Source: Eledone cirrhosa
Taxonomy: Eukaryota
Direction: 5' to 3'
DNA length: 64,000 nt
Assembly: GCA_964016885.1 (NCBI GenBank)
Contig: OZ024741.1
Coordinates: 225,060,001-225,124,000 of the forward strand
The notes under the pieces: generated by a model
The model's database searches: none
Seen by the model: only the letters and a program-made list of their open reading frames with translations
What the model was told of the DNA's origin: nothing
Translations under genes and position numbers: made by a program
In this document: positions 50,478-64,000 of the stretch, one piece after another
Layout: each line of letters starts with the position of its first letter
How positions within the stretch are numbered: the stretch's first letter is position 1

Positions 50478-53400
50478 TATCTTGCATGTATGTATAGACC
50501 AATTATAATATCTTGCAATGTATGTATAGACCAAGTGTAAAATCTTACATATATGTATAGACCAATTGTAACATCTTGCATATATGTATAGACCAATTGT
50601 AACATCTTGCATGTATGTATAGACCAATGGTAACATCTTGCATGTATGTATAGACCAATTGTAACATCTTGCATATATGTATAGACCAATTGTAACATCT
50701 TGCATGTATGTATAAACCAATTGTAACATCTTGCATGTATGTATAGACCAATTGTAACATCTTGCATATATGTATAGACCAATTGTAACATCTTGCATGT
50801 ATGTATAGACCAATTGTAACATCTTGCATGTATGTATAGACCAATTGTAACATCTTGCATATATGTATAGACCAATTGTAACGTATTGCATGTATGTATA
50901 GACAAATTGTAACGTATTGCATGTATGTATAGACCAATTGTAACATCTTGCATGTATGTATAGACCAATTGTAACGTATTGCATGTATGTATAGAGCAAT
51001 TGTAACATCTTGCATATATGTATAGACCAAATGTAACATATTGCATATATGTATAGACCAATTGTAACATCTTGCATATATGTATAGACCAATTGTAACA
51101 TCTTGCATGTATGCATAAACCAATTGTAACATCTTGCATGTATGTATAGACCAAGTGTAACATCTTGCATATATGTATAGACCAATTGTAACATCTTGCA
51201 TATATGTATAAACCAATTGTAACATCTTGCATGTATGTATAAACCAATTGTAACATCTTGCATATATGTATAGACCAAGTGTAACATCTTGCATGTATGT
51301 ATAGACCAATTGTAACATCTTGCATATATGTATAGACCAATTGTAACATCTTGCATGTATGTATAGACCAAGTGTAACATCTTGCATATATGTATAGACC
51401 AATTGTAACATCTTGCATATATGTATAGACCAATTGTAACATCTTGCATATATGTATAGACCAATTGTAACATCTTGCATGTATGTATAGACCAATTGTA
51501 ACATCTTGCATGTATGTATAGACCAATTGTAACATCTTGCATGTATGTATAAACCAATTGTAACATCTTGCAATGTATGTATAGATTAATTGTAACATCT
51601 TGCATATATGTATAGACCAATTGTAACATCTTGCATGTATGTATAGACCAATTGTAACATCTTGCATATATGTATAGACCAAGTGTAACATCTTGCATGT
51701 ATGTATAAACCAATTGTAACATCTTGCATGTATGTATAGACCAATTGTAACATCTTGCATGTATGTATAGACCAAGTGTAACATCTTGCATGTATGTATA
51801 GACCAATTGTAACATCTTGCATGTATGTATAGACCAATTGTAACATCTTGCATGTATGTATAGACCAATTGTAACATCTTGCATGTATGTATAGACCAAG
51901 TGTAACATCTTGCATGTATGTATAGACCAATTGTAACATCTTGCATGTATGTATAGACCAAGTCTAACATCTTGCATGTATGTATAGGCCACTTGTAACA
52001 TCTTGCATGTATGTATAGACCAAGTGTAACATCTTGCATGTATGTATAGACCAAGTGTAACATCTTGCATGTATGTATAGACCAATTGTAACATCTTGCA
52101 TATATGTATAGACCAATTGTAACATCTTGCATATATGTACAGACCAATTGTAACATCTTGCATGTATGTATAGACCAATTGTAACATCTTGCATGTATGT
52201 ATAAACCAATTGTAACATCTTGCATATATGTATAGACCAATTGTAACATCTTGCATGTATGTACAGACCAACTGTAACATCTTGCATGTATGTATAGACC
52301 AATTGTAACATCTTGCATGTATGTATAAACCAATTGTAACATCTTGCATATATGTATAGACCAATTGTAACATCTTGCATATATGTATAGACCAATTGTA
52401 ACATCTTGCATATATGTATAGACCAATTGTAACATCTTGCATGTATGTATAAACCAATTGTAACATCTTGCATATATGTATAGACCAATTGTAACATCTT
52501 GCATGTATGTATAGACCAATTGTAACATCTTGCATATATGTATAGACCAATTGTAACATCTTGCATGTATGTATAAACCAATTGTAACATCTTGCATATA
52601 TGTATAGACCAATTGTAACATCTTGCATGTATGTATAGACCAATTGTAACATCTTGCATATATGTATAGACCAAGTGTAACATCTTGCATGTATGTATAG
52701 ACCAATTGTAACATCTTGCATATATGTATAGACCAATTGTAACATCTTGCATGTATGTATAGACCAATTGTAACATCTTGCATATATGTATAGACCAAGT
52801 GTAACATCTTGCATGTATGTATAGACCAATTGTAACATCTTGCATATATGTATAGACCAATTGTAACATCTTGCATGTATGTATAGACCAATTGTAACAT
52901 CTTGCATGTATGTATAGACCAAGTGTAACATCTTGCATGTATGTATAGACCAATTGTAACATCTTGCATATATGTATAGACCAATTGTAACATCTTGCAT
53001 GTATGTATAGACCAATTGTAACATCTTGCATATATGTATAGACCAAGTGTAACATCTTGCATGTATGTATAGACCAATTGTAACATCTTACATATATGTA
53101 TAGACCAATTGTAACATCTTGCATATATGTATAGACCAATTGTAACATCTTGCAATGTATGTATAGACCAATTGTAACATCTTGCATATATGTATAGACC
53201 AATTGTAACATCTTGCATGTATGTATAGACCAATTGTAACATCTTGCATGTATGTATAGACCAATTGTAACATCTTGCATGTATGTATAGACCAATTGTA
53301 ACATCTTACATATATGTATAGACCAATTGTAACATCTTGCATATATGTATAGACCAATTGTAACATCTTGCATATATGTATAGACCAATTGTAACATCTT

Positions 53401-55721
53401 GCATATATGTATAGACCAATTGTAACATCTTGCATATATGTATAGACCAATTGTAACATCTTGCATGTATGTATAGACCAAGTGTAACATCTTGCATATA
53501 TGTATAGACCAATTGTAACATCTTGCATGTATGTATAAACCAATTGTAACATCTTGCAATGTATGTATAGATTAATTGTAACATCTTGCATATATGTATA
53601 GACCAATTGTAACATCTTGCATGTATGTATAGACCAATTGTAACATCTTGCATATATGTATAGACCAAGTGTAACATCTTGCATGTATGTATAAACCAAT
53701 TGAAACATCTTGCATGTATGTATAGACCAATTGTAACATCTTGCATGTATGTATAGACCAAGTGTAACATCTTGCATGTATGTATAGACCAATTGTAACA
53801 TCTTGCATGTATGTATAGACCAATTGTAACATCTTGCATGTATGTATAGACCAATTGTAACATCTTGCATGTATGTATAGACCAAGTGTAACATCTTGCA
53901 TGTATGTATAGACCAATTGTAACATCTTGCATGTATGTATAGACCAAGTCTAACATCTTGCATGTATGTATAGGCCACTTGTAACATCTTGCATGTATGT
54001 ATAGACCAAGTGTAACATCTTGCATGTATGTATAGACCAAGTGTAACATCTTGCATGTATGTATAGACCAATTGTAACATCTTGCATATATGTATAGACC
54101 AATTGTAACATCTTGCATATATATATAGAACAATTGTAACATCTTGCATGTATGTATAGACCAATTGTAACATCTTGCATGTATGTATAGACCAATTGTA
54201 ACATCTTGCATGTATGTATAAACCAATTGTAACATCTTGCATATATGTATAGACCAATTGTAACATCTTACATATATGTATAGACCAATTGTAACATCTT
54301 GCATATATGTATAGACCAATTGTAACATCTTGCATGTATGCATAGACCAATTGTAACATCTTGCATATATGTATAGACCAATTGTAACATCTTGCAATGT
54401 ATGTATAGACCAATTGTAACATCTTGCATATATGTATAGACCAATTGTAACATCTTGCATGTATGTATAGACCAATTGTAACATCTTGCATATATGTATA
54501 GACCAATTGTAACATCTTGCATATATGTATAGACCAATTGTAACATCTTGCATATATGTATAGACCAATTGTAACATCTTGCATGTATGTATAGACCAAG
54601 TGTAACATCTTGCATATATGTATAGACCAATTGTAACATCTTGCATGTATGTATAGACCAATTGTAACATCTTGCATGTATGTATAGACCAAGTGTAACA
54701 TCTTGCATATATGTATAGACCAATTGTAACATCTTGCATATATATATAGAACAATTGTAACATCTTGCATGTATGTATAGACCAACTGTAACATCTTGCA
54801 TGTATGTATAGACCAATTGTAACATCTTGCATGTATGTATAGACCAAGTGTAACATCTTGCATATATGTATAGACCAATTGTAACATCTTGCATATATAT
54901 ATAGAACAATTGTAACATCTTGCATGTATGTATAGACCAATTGTAACATCTTGCATGTATGTATAGACCAATTGTAACATCTTGCATGTATGTATAGACC
55001 AAGTGTAACATCTTGCATATATGTATAGACCAATTGTAACATCTTGCATATATAGAACAATTGTAACATCTTGCATGTATGTATAGACCAATTGTAACAT
55101 CTTGCATGTATGTACAGACCAATTGTAACATCTTGCATGTATGTATAAACCAATTGTAACATCTTGCATGTATGTATAGACCAATTGTAACATCTTGCAT
55201 GTATGTATAGACCAATTGTAACATCTTGCATATATGTATAGACCAATTGTAACATCTTGCATATATGTATAGACCAATTGTAACATCTTGCATGTATGTA
55301 TAGACCAATTGTAACATCTTGCATGTATGTATAAACCAATTGTAACATCTTGCATATATGTATAGACCAATTGTAACATCTTACATATATGTATAGACCA
55401 ATTGTAACATCTTGCATATATGTATAGACCAATTGTAACATCTTGCATATATGTATAGACCAATTGTAACATCTTGCATATATGTATAGACCAATTGTAA
55501 CATCTTGCATATATGTATAGACCAATTGTAACATCTTGCATGTATGTATAGACCAATTGTAACATCTTGCATGTATGTATAGACCAATTGTAACATCTTG
55601 CATATATGTATAGACCAATTGTAACATCTTGCATGTATGTATAGACCAATTGTAACATCTTGCATGTATGTATAGACCAATTGTAACATCTTGCAATATA
55701 TGTATAGACCAATTGCAACAT
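50478..55721. repeat. 31-bp minisatellite/satellite, roughly 170 units
   Basis: Unit CATRTATGTATAGACCAATTGTAACATCTTG; the translation repeats every 31 aa (3 units). Confidence 0.97.
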
Positions 55722-55936
55722 TCTACTGAGGTCTCATGATATTATGAATATTAAAATAAAACATTGTTTATGGACGGAATATAATATTTTTATTCCCGAT
55801 GATTTTAAACGAATGAAAATTCTAGTTCTGTAGAAGTCATTTCTATATAAAATAAATATGATTATTCTCTAACATATTGAATACATTATTTAACTGCGGT
55901 TATTTCCCGATTTCCTTCAGGACACAATCTTTAATT

Positions 55937-55983
<47 letters not shown>

Positions 55984-56012
55984 AACACACACAAACACAC
56001 GCACACACAAAC

Positions 56013-56161
<149 letters not shown>

Positions 56162-57090
56162 TATGTGAGACAATATTTCAAGAGGAAGTGAGGTAGAGTC
56201 AGGGTGACAAGAGGATGGGATGTGAGAAATATATGAGAAGTGAATGTGTATACATATATTTCATCTGCCTCTCAGCTCATTCTTCATAACTAGTACACGC
56301 GGTGTCACCCTTTATTACAGCTGCAAGTACGTAATATGCCAGCAGGATGGTAATTAATTTAGAAAGACCAATCGGATCACACCGGTGGCGTGTTATCTTT
56401 ACGTGGGGTTGGGGATGGGCGTGTGGTGAAATGATTAAAGAGATCAAATGTTTCACATACCTTAGTTGTAGCTTATCTTACAAGTAAATATTTGGAAGGG
56501 GCCTAGTTCCACATATCTGTGCTGTATCAGATCCCTATAGTAAATAATTCTTTCTTTGTGTTGCTCGATATGCTAAAAATAGCTGTGAAATTTCTATGAA
56601 ATTCAAATCTTGGTTTCTTAAAAAAAAAGGGGAAAGAACATATGGAACAATGTAAACAAGATGGTCTTGGGATCATATGTCTGCTACGACTGAGCTTACT
56701 TAGAACTAACGGACATTAAAGACGACGACGACGACGAGGAGTGCAGTAATAAAGTGACTACAGGGTTGCTCGAGATGCTAAAAATAACAGCCAAAATATC
56801 GTTCAAAATCATATCGGATAATGTAGTTCTAGATACACTATGTCTCTTAAACAAACGGGATGGTCACTATTGGAAGCTCATTCGGCCATGTGTCAACCCA
56901 ATCAAGGCTGGCATTCTACCTTTCTTAATGGTAAAGCACCGACTAATTAAGAAATTCCTGTCACTAGTAGTTATTGTCTTTCTTTTCAGTTATACAATAT
57001 CTTTCTTTCTCCTCTCTTCTATCTGTTTTATTCAGCACACACATACACACGCACACACACACACGCACACACACACACATACACACACAC

Positions 57091-57180
<90 letters not shown>

Positions 57181-57636
57181 GCCATAGCCATTATCCACCA
57201 TTTACTTCTAAGAATGGCTTCTATCATAAACACAAGGCCATATATTCGAGGGAGATACTGGCCTCGTGCCTATACTAAAAATCGTATATTTGAGGGAGAG
57301 GTATAGTTGATTATATCGACTCCGGAAGGATGTAAAAAGATGTACACTTCAGCAATATTTGAAACCAGAACGTAAAGGGACGTAACTAAGTACCACAAGA
57401 CATTTTACCGATACTCTTCCAATTCTATAAAAAGACATCAGCGTTTGCCTAGAAGGGACCTCTATGAGTTTTATTGGAGTAATTTCAAGTAAAGAAAAAT
57501 GTCTAGTACTCTGCAAACCTCATTTGACTTCGGCGGAATTGAACTCAGAGACCAAAGAGAGCCGAAAAGAATACCGCAAAACATTCTACTTGATGTTTTA
57601 ATGACTCTGTTAATTCCCCACTTTGGTGGTGTAGAG

Positions 57637-58287
57637 CAGTGGTTCCCAACATTTTGTATCCCATGCCCCATCTCAACACCTCAAACAATTTAATGCCCCA
57701 CTTTGATATAAAAACAGCAATGATCAACTACAAAGTGTAAACAAATTGGTGTATGGGTGATGCCAGATGCACAATGTGTGGAGGAGGTGAGACAGGAGTT
57801 CCCGACAGTAATTTGTTCCAACGTTGCTTTTAAGGCCTCACTCGGTCACGAATGACCATGGTTTTGCACCTAGAAAGTTTGCCTCCGAAGCACAAGCCTG
57901 GGCAAGATTCGTTTTGTGGAAGACCAGCAGTCGCCCATGCATACCAGTCTCCCCTCTCCACGCCACCGATGTTGTCCAAGGGAAAGGCAATGACCGATAC
58001 AGCTTGGCACCAGTGACGTCGCAACCCATTTCCACAGGTGAGTAAATGGTGCAGCGTGAAATAAACTGTCTTGCTCAAGGACACAGCGCATCACCCTGTC
58101 CGAGAATCGAACTCACAACCTCTCCATTTCAAGCACAATGCTCTAACTACTAAATCATGCGCCTTGGTGTAAAAGTAATAAGGTAAAGCCTGAAGTCTGC
58201 TCTCATTAACATCATTTTCAAATTGTCCCCCTTAAATATTTAAATTGCTCCCCTGTGGAGGCGTGCGCCACACGTTGGGAATCACTA
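57637..58287. mobile_element. hAT (Charlie-like) MITE with a nested SINE (~57820-58163, minus)
   Basis: TIRs CAGTGGTTCCCAAC / GTTGGGAATCACTA; 8-bp TSD GTGTAGAG (57629-57636) / GTGTAGAT (58288-58295). Confidence 0.85.
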
Positions 58288-59018
58288 GTGTAGATCATTG
58301 TTTTCTTTAACATCTTATAGATGTTTCCCTAATACTATTGCCAGGACTTGTTACAGATTACATCACTGACTTCCTTTAATAAACCTCCTAACTGTGTTAC
58401 TTTCCCCATTCGTTATTTTGTTCCATTTCCCGTCTTTTTTTTTGTTCTATCATTTATTTCATAGAGTTTTTTCGTTTGCCTTTTTTTTTCATCTCCTCCT
58501 TGTTCATCTTCATTCTAATTTAGTTTCCATTGATCTCTCAAGTCTTACAATAGCAATACCACTGGAGGCCACCTGAAATCTATCCTAAAACTTCTGATAG
58601 AATATCAATGGCGGATTACTGATTCAGAATCGGCTGTAATAATGGAAGTTATTATCGAGTGAATACTCCTACTTCATCATAACCATCATCATAATCATCA
58701 TCATCATTATCACCCCTCCCCCCCTCTTTCTCCTCCTCCTCATCATAACGATCAACATCATCCTCATCATCACCTTCCTCATCATTATCATACATATCAA
58801 CATTATCATCATCATCGTCATCATCAGCATCAGCATCAGCACCAGCACCAGCACCACCGCCACCACAAAAAACAACAACAGCATCATTGTCATCATCATC
58901 ATCATCATCATCATTATCACATGAAAAGAGGAACAAATAAAACAATAATAAAAAAAAAATACAGTTTTCATTAAAGTCACAGAATCAGCAAAAGTTATTT
59001 CATTATTACTGATGTACA

Positions 59019-60062
59019 AATAAAGTACCAGTAATACACTGGGTAATTGCTGGCCTTGTGCCTAACGTAGAAACAATTATTACTGATGTACATACAGAGC
59101 GGTGGAATGGCAGTATCAGTAGAGGGTCGGACACCATGCTTTGCAGCATAGAGTTACGGCCCTCTACGGTCTGAGTTCAAATCTCGCCGAAGTTAACTTT
59201 GCCTTTCATCCTTACGGGGTCGATAAAAATAAAGCACCAGTAATATACTCGGGTCGATTTAATCGACTTCCTCCGCCCCCAAATTACTGGCCTTGCGCCT
59301 ATATAAGAAATCATTATTTTTGGAACTTTGGTGATCCATCTGAACATCGATCGTTGACTCTTTCGGCCGATCTGTCCAGGTTAGGTGTCCCTACATTCAT
59401 ACTATCCATGGTGTTGCTGTTCCCGATGTCTCGAGCACGGTCGAACGCACCCATCCATATCTAAGAATTGGGTTTATTACAGGTACGACCTGGCTTCTCT
59501 GTCACGCTAGTGTTGAAAGTAGAAACAATTATTACTGATGTATATACAAGCTGTGGATTGGCAGTATCAGTAGAAGGTCGGACGCCATGCTTTGCAGCAT
59601 AGAGTTACGTCCCTTTACGATCTGAGTTCAAATCTCGCTGGAGTTAACTTTGCCTTTCATCCTAACGGGGTCGATAAAATAAAGTACCAGTAATGCACTG
59701 GGGTTCGATTTAATCGACCCCCCCCCAAATTACTGGCCCTTGTGTCTATACTAGAAATCATGGTGGATTGGCAGTATCGGTAGAGAGTCGGACACCATGC
59801 TTTGAAGCATAGAGTTACGTCCCTTTATGATCTGAGTTCAAATCCCGCCGAGGTTAACTTTGCCTTTCATCCTTACGGGGTCGATAAAATAAAGTACCAG
59901 TAATACACTGGGTAATTGCTGGCCTTGTGCCTAAAATAGAAACAATTATTACTGTTGTATATAAGGGCGGTGGATTGACAGAATCGGTAGAGCGTCAGAC
60001 ACCATGCTTAGCGGCACAGAATTACGGCTCTTTACGGTCTCAGTTCAAATCCTACTGAGGTT
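59019..60062 (+). mobile_element. Head-to-tail SINE cluster (about 5 units)
   Basis: 59019-59080 (tail only), 59101-59316, 59552-59760, 59762-59948, 59968-60062 (truncated). Confidence 0.85.
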
Positions 60063-62260
60063 AGTGTTTTTGTTGTTGGTGATCGTTGTGTTGTTAGTAT
60101 TGTTGTTGTTGGTGGTGTTGTTAGTGTTTTTGTTGTTGATGTTGATGGTGGTGTTGTTAGTGTTTTTGTTGTTGATGTTGTTGGTGGTGGTGTAGTTAGT
60201 GTTTTTGTTGTTGGTGTTATGGTGTTGTTAGTGTTTTTGTTGTTGATGTTGTTGGTTGTGGTGTTGTTAGTGTTTTTGTTGTTGGTGTTGTTGGTTGTGG
60301 TGTTGTTAGTGTTTTTGTTGTTGGTGTTGTGGTGTTGTTAGTGTTATTGTTGGTAGTGTTATGGTGTTGTTAGTGTTTTTGTTGTTGGTGGTTGTGGTAT
60401 TGTTAGTGTTTTTGTTGTTGGTGTTGTTGGTTGTGGTGTTGTTAGTGTTTTTGTTGTTGTTTTTGGTGGTGTTGTTAGTGTTTTTGTTGTTGGTGGTTGT
60501 GGTATTGTTAGTGTTTTTGTTGTTGATGTTGTTGGTTGTGGTGTTGTTAGTGTTTTTGTTGTTGGTGTTGTCGTGTTGTTAGTGTTATTGTTGGTAGTGT
60601 TATGGTGTTGTTAGTGTTTTTGTTGTTGGTGGTTGTGGTGTTGTTAGTGTTTTTGTTGTTGGTGTTGTGGTGTTGTTAGTGTTTTTGTTGTTAGTGTTAA
60701 GGTGTTGTTAGTGTTTTTGTTGTTGGTGGTTGTGGTGTTGTTAGTGTTTTTGTTGTTGGTGGTTGTGGTGTTGTTAGTGTTTTTGTTGTTGGTGGTTGTG
60801 GTAATGTTAGTGTTTTTGTTGTTGGTGGTTGTGGTGTTGTTAGTGATTTTGTTGTTGGTGGTTGTGGTGTTGTTAGTGTTTTTGTTGTTGGTGTGGTGTT
60901 GTTAGTTTTTTTGTTGTTGGTGGTTGTGGTATTGTTAGTGTTTTTGTTGTTGGTGGTTGTGGTAATGTTAGTGTTTTTGTTGTTGATGTTGATGGTGGTG
61001 GTGTTGTAAGTGTTTTTGTTGTTGATAGTTGTGGTGTTGTTAGTGTTTTTGTTGTTGGTGTTGTGGTGTTGTTAGTATTTTTGTTGTTAGTGGTTGTGGT
61101 GTTGTTAGTGTTTTTGTTGTTGATGTTTTGGTGCTGTTAGTGTTTTTGTTGTTGGTCGTTATGGTATTGTTAGTGTTTTTGTTGTTGATGGTTGTGGTGT
61201 TGTTAGTGTTTTTGTTGTTGGTGGTTGTGGTCTTGTTAGTGTTTTTGTTGTTGGTGTGTTGTGGTGTTGTTAGTGTTTTGTTGTTGGTCGTTGTGGTGTT
61301 GCTAGTGTTTTTGTTGTTGGTGTTGTGGTGTTGTTAGTGTTTTTGTTGTTGGTGGTTGTGGTATTGTTAGTGTTTTTGTTGTTGGTGGTTGTGGTGTTCT
61401 TAGAGTTTTGTTGTTGATGGTTGTGGTGTTGTTAGTGTTTTTGTTGTTGGTGTTGTGGTGTTGTTAGTGCTTTTGTTGTTGGTGGTTGTGGTGTTGTTAG
61501 CGTGTTTGTTGTTGGTGTTGTGGTGTTGTTAGTATTTTTTAGCTGGTGTTGTGGTGCTGTTTGTGTTTTTGTTGTTGGTGGTTGTGCTGTTGTTAGTGTT
61601 TTTGTTGTTAGTCTTGTGGTATTGTTAGTTATTTTGTTGTTGGCGTTGTGGTGTTGTTAGTGTTTTTGTTGTTGGTGTTGTGGCGTTTTTAGTGTTTTTG
61701 TTGTTGGTGTTATGGTGTTGTTAGTGTTTTTCTTGTTAGTGGTTGTGGTGTTGTTAGTGTTTTTGTTGTTGGTGTTGTGGTGTTGCTAGTGTTTTTGTTG
61801 TTGGTGTTGTGGTATTGTTAGTGTTTTTGTTGTTGGTTGTTGTGTTGTTAGTGTTTTTGTTGTTGCTGTTGTGGTGTTGTTAGTGTTTTTGTTGTTGGTG
61901 TTGTGGTATTGTTAGTGTTTCTGTTGAGGTATTGTTAGTGTTTTTGTTGTTGGTTGTTGAGGTGTTGTTAGTGTTTTTGTTGTTGGTGTTGTGGTATTGT
62001 TAGTGTTTCTGTTGAGGTATTGTTAGTGTTTTTGTTGTTGGTTGTTGAGGTGTTGTTAGTGTTTTTGTTGTTGGTGTTGTGGTATTGTTAGTGTTTCTTT
62101 TGTTGATGTTGGAGGTTATGGTGTCATTAGTATTTTTGTTGTTGATGTTGTTGTTAGTTGTGGTGTCGTTATTATTTTTGTTGTTGATGTTGTTGGTTGT
62201 GGTGTCGTTATTATTTTTGTTGTTGATGTTGTTGGTTGTGGTGTAGTTGATGTTTTTCTT
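60060..62260. repeat. GT-rich ~30-36-bp degenerate minisatellite (GTGTTGTTAGTGTTTTTGTTGTTGGTGGTTGTG)
   Basis: TTAGTGTTTTTGTTGTT anchor recurs throughout. Confidence 0.92.
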
Positions 62261-63204
62261 GTTGCTTTAATCCAATCGATCGACCTTTGTAATATCAAGG
62301 TGCATCTTCAAAAATTGTTATGAATACACAACAAACCAAGTGTGTGCGTGTGTATGTGTGTGAGTGTATGTGTGTGAGTGTATGTGTGTGCGTGCGTATA
62401 TGTATATATACGTGTGAGTGTGCGTGCGTGTGAGTATTGGACACTGTGGGTCCCGGTCCTTCGACTAGAGATCCATTTATTCGAACAACGAAACTTCCAG
62501 CTCGGGATATTAACATGCAAGTGCTGTACATTCCACAAACACATGTACTATTAATATAGCTCTCAAGAAAATTCAGCATTATACAGTGTGTCCTTTGAAT
62601 TACAGGTAAAACTCATTCCTGCCGGCTGCGTCGACTTGAAAAACAGTAATAACAGCCTTTAGAGAGTGTGTATTTGTCAAAATACTGATAAAACTTTCAC
62701 AGCAGGTATTAACTACCGTATATTCCTCCATGTATTGCACGCATTCGTGTATAACGTGCACTCATCTCATTTTGAACAGAAACATGCCCGGAAAAGCCGA
62801 GTTTTGGTGTATAACATTTAGTTATGGTGTATACCTCGTACCCCCAAAACAAACAAGGAAAAAAAAATGCGCGGTAATCACGGAAGTCAGTATTCGGATA
62901 GAATGCTTTGCGGTATTTGTTCCGGTTCTCTGAAATCTTTGAGTTGAAATCGTCCAGGTCAACTTTGCCTTTCAATTTTTTAGGGTCAATAAAAAAAAAA
63001 GCAGTTAAGTACTGGTGTCGATTCTTCCTCTATATCTCTTTCTCTTTCTCTAACACACTATCTCTCCTTCTGTGGAAAAAAAATAGCTATATTCAGATAC
63101 GGAGAGAGCGGTCAACTCCGCCATGTTTATGACACGCTGAAGACACATCGTATGTCACGACAACGATCCTACAGCTCTACCAGGAGTTAGAAGTCTATAC
63201 ATAC

Positions 63205-64000
63205 ATACAGGATGATGGCTTCCCCCTCGTTATCGAGTATGGCCATTGCATGATATACCATTATTAATTAATTCTATCGTGCAATGCCTGTGCGTGAAGA
63301 TATTTTTTAAAGTAAGGAAAGACTGCACTGAGCCAATCCCGCTCTCTGAGTGACAGTAGCTATATATAACCCGAAAGGAAGAAAATATTAACATCATCGG
63401 TAACTACCAAGCCGCAGGTTCTATATCGGAGTTATCCCAGTTTCCTGAGTTGCCTTCTCCTAGGAGAATGCCCTGACAAAGGCTAGGGGTCCTTCACTCC
63501 CAGTGGTTTAACCGCGCGATCGGGTGTCCAGTCCGACTATTTCATATGTACATGTGTATACACATATTTACCCACTTTTGGATGGCCGTTGACTCTCATC
63601 AGTTCTTCCGCCCTTTGCCAGGTATTGTTTTTTGTCCTGCAGGGTGTCCAAAATCACCCTCCTCACCAAGTAAACTTGATGAGGTTGCCGGTTTAGTCGC
63701 CGACGACCCGACCATGCGACAGGTTGTACTGCGTTACATGTTACCAGTAGCACTCAAGAGTGACCCGACATACATACATACACACACACATACATACATA
63801 CATGGTGGCTGCCAACTCGTTTTCGAGTACGGCCACTACTTTATAAACATGTAGGAGAACCCCTACCGATGCACTGAACAAGTGTGACTTTTTAGTCCAG
63901 CCAGTGACTTGAAAACTCTGGTACAAACACTACACTTGTGACAATTATTGACACATAGTGCTGGGCCCATGGTACCATGTGATGACAAGTGCAGAGAGAT
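63205..64000 (-). mobile_element. Dispersed repeat family shared with 8727-9340 and 14365-15160
   Basis: Direct similarity across the three loci. Confidence 0.75.

Noticed and set aside
50417-55721. 31-bp repeat as a CRISPR array or repeat-protein gene
   Set aside because: No unique spacers, no cas genes, eukaryotic context; all three frames are equally open.
60004-61337. Hydrophobic L/V/F ORFs resembling membrane proteins
   Set aside because: Translation of the GT-rich minisatellite.

Overview
AT-rich, microsatellite-saturated animal DNA with no recognisable host protein-coding gene. The dominant tRNA-derived SINE and the repeat landscape look like a coleoid cephalopod (Octopus-like); this is an inference from recalled repeat families, not from a search. 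Conventional content: a frameshifted Penelope-like element (RT + C-terminal GIY-YIG, 36.3-40.8 kb), an internally deleted Helitron with both termini (23.3-28.0 kb), fragments of R4/Dong, CRE and RTE LINEs, a deleted mariner, a hAT MITE, about 20 SINE copies, a 5.2-kb 31-bp satellite and many simple repeats. The notable signal is structured RNA. About 20 type I hammerhead ribozyme (HHR) folds from several families, plus about 8 degenerate ones, can be built by hand on both strands, most in short modules within or beside (TA)n tracts and often ending in fold-back palindromes. They include a 310-bp tandem array with one minimal HHR per unit (retrozyme/circular-RNA-like), a compensatory C3-G8 to U3-A8 core variant in several families, and a family-fixed U4A variant. 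All folds were derived by eye; ribozyme activity and expression are untested.
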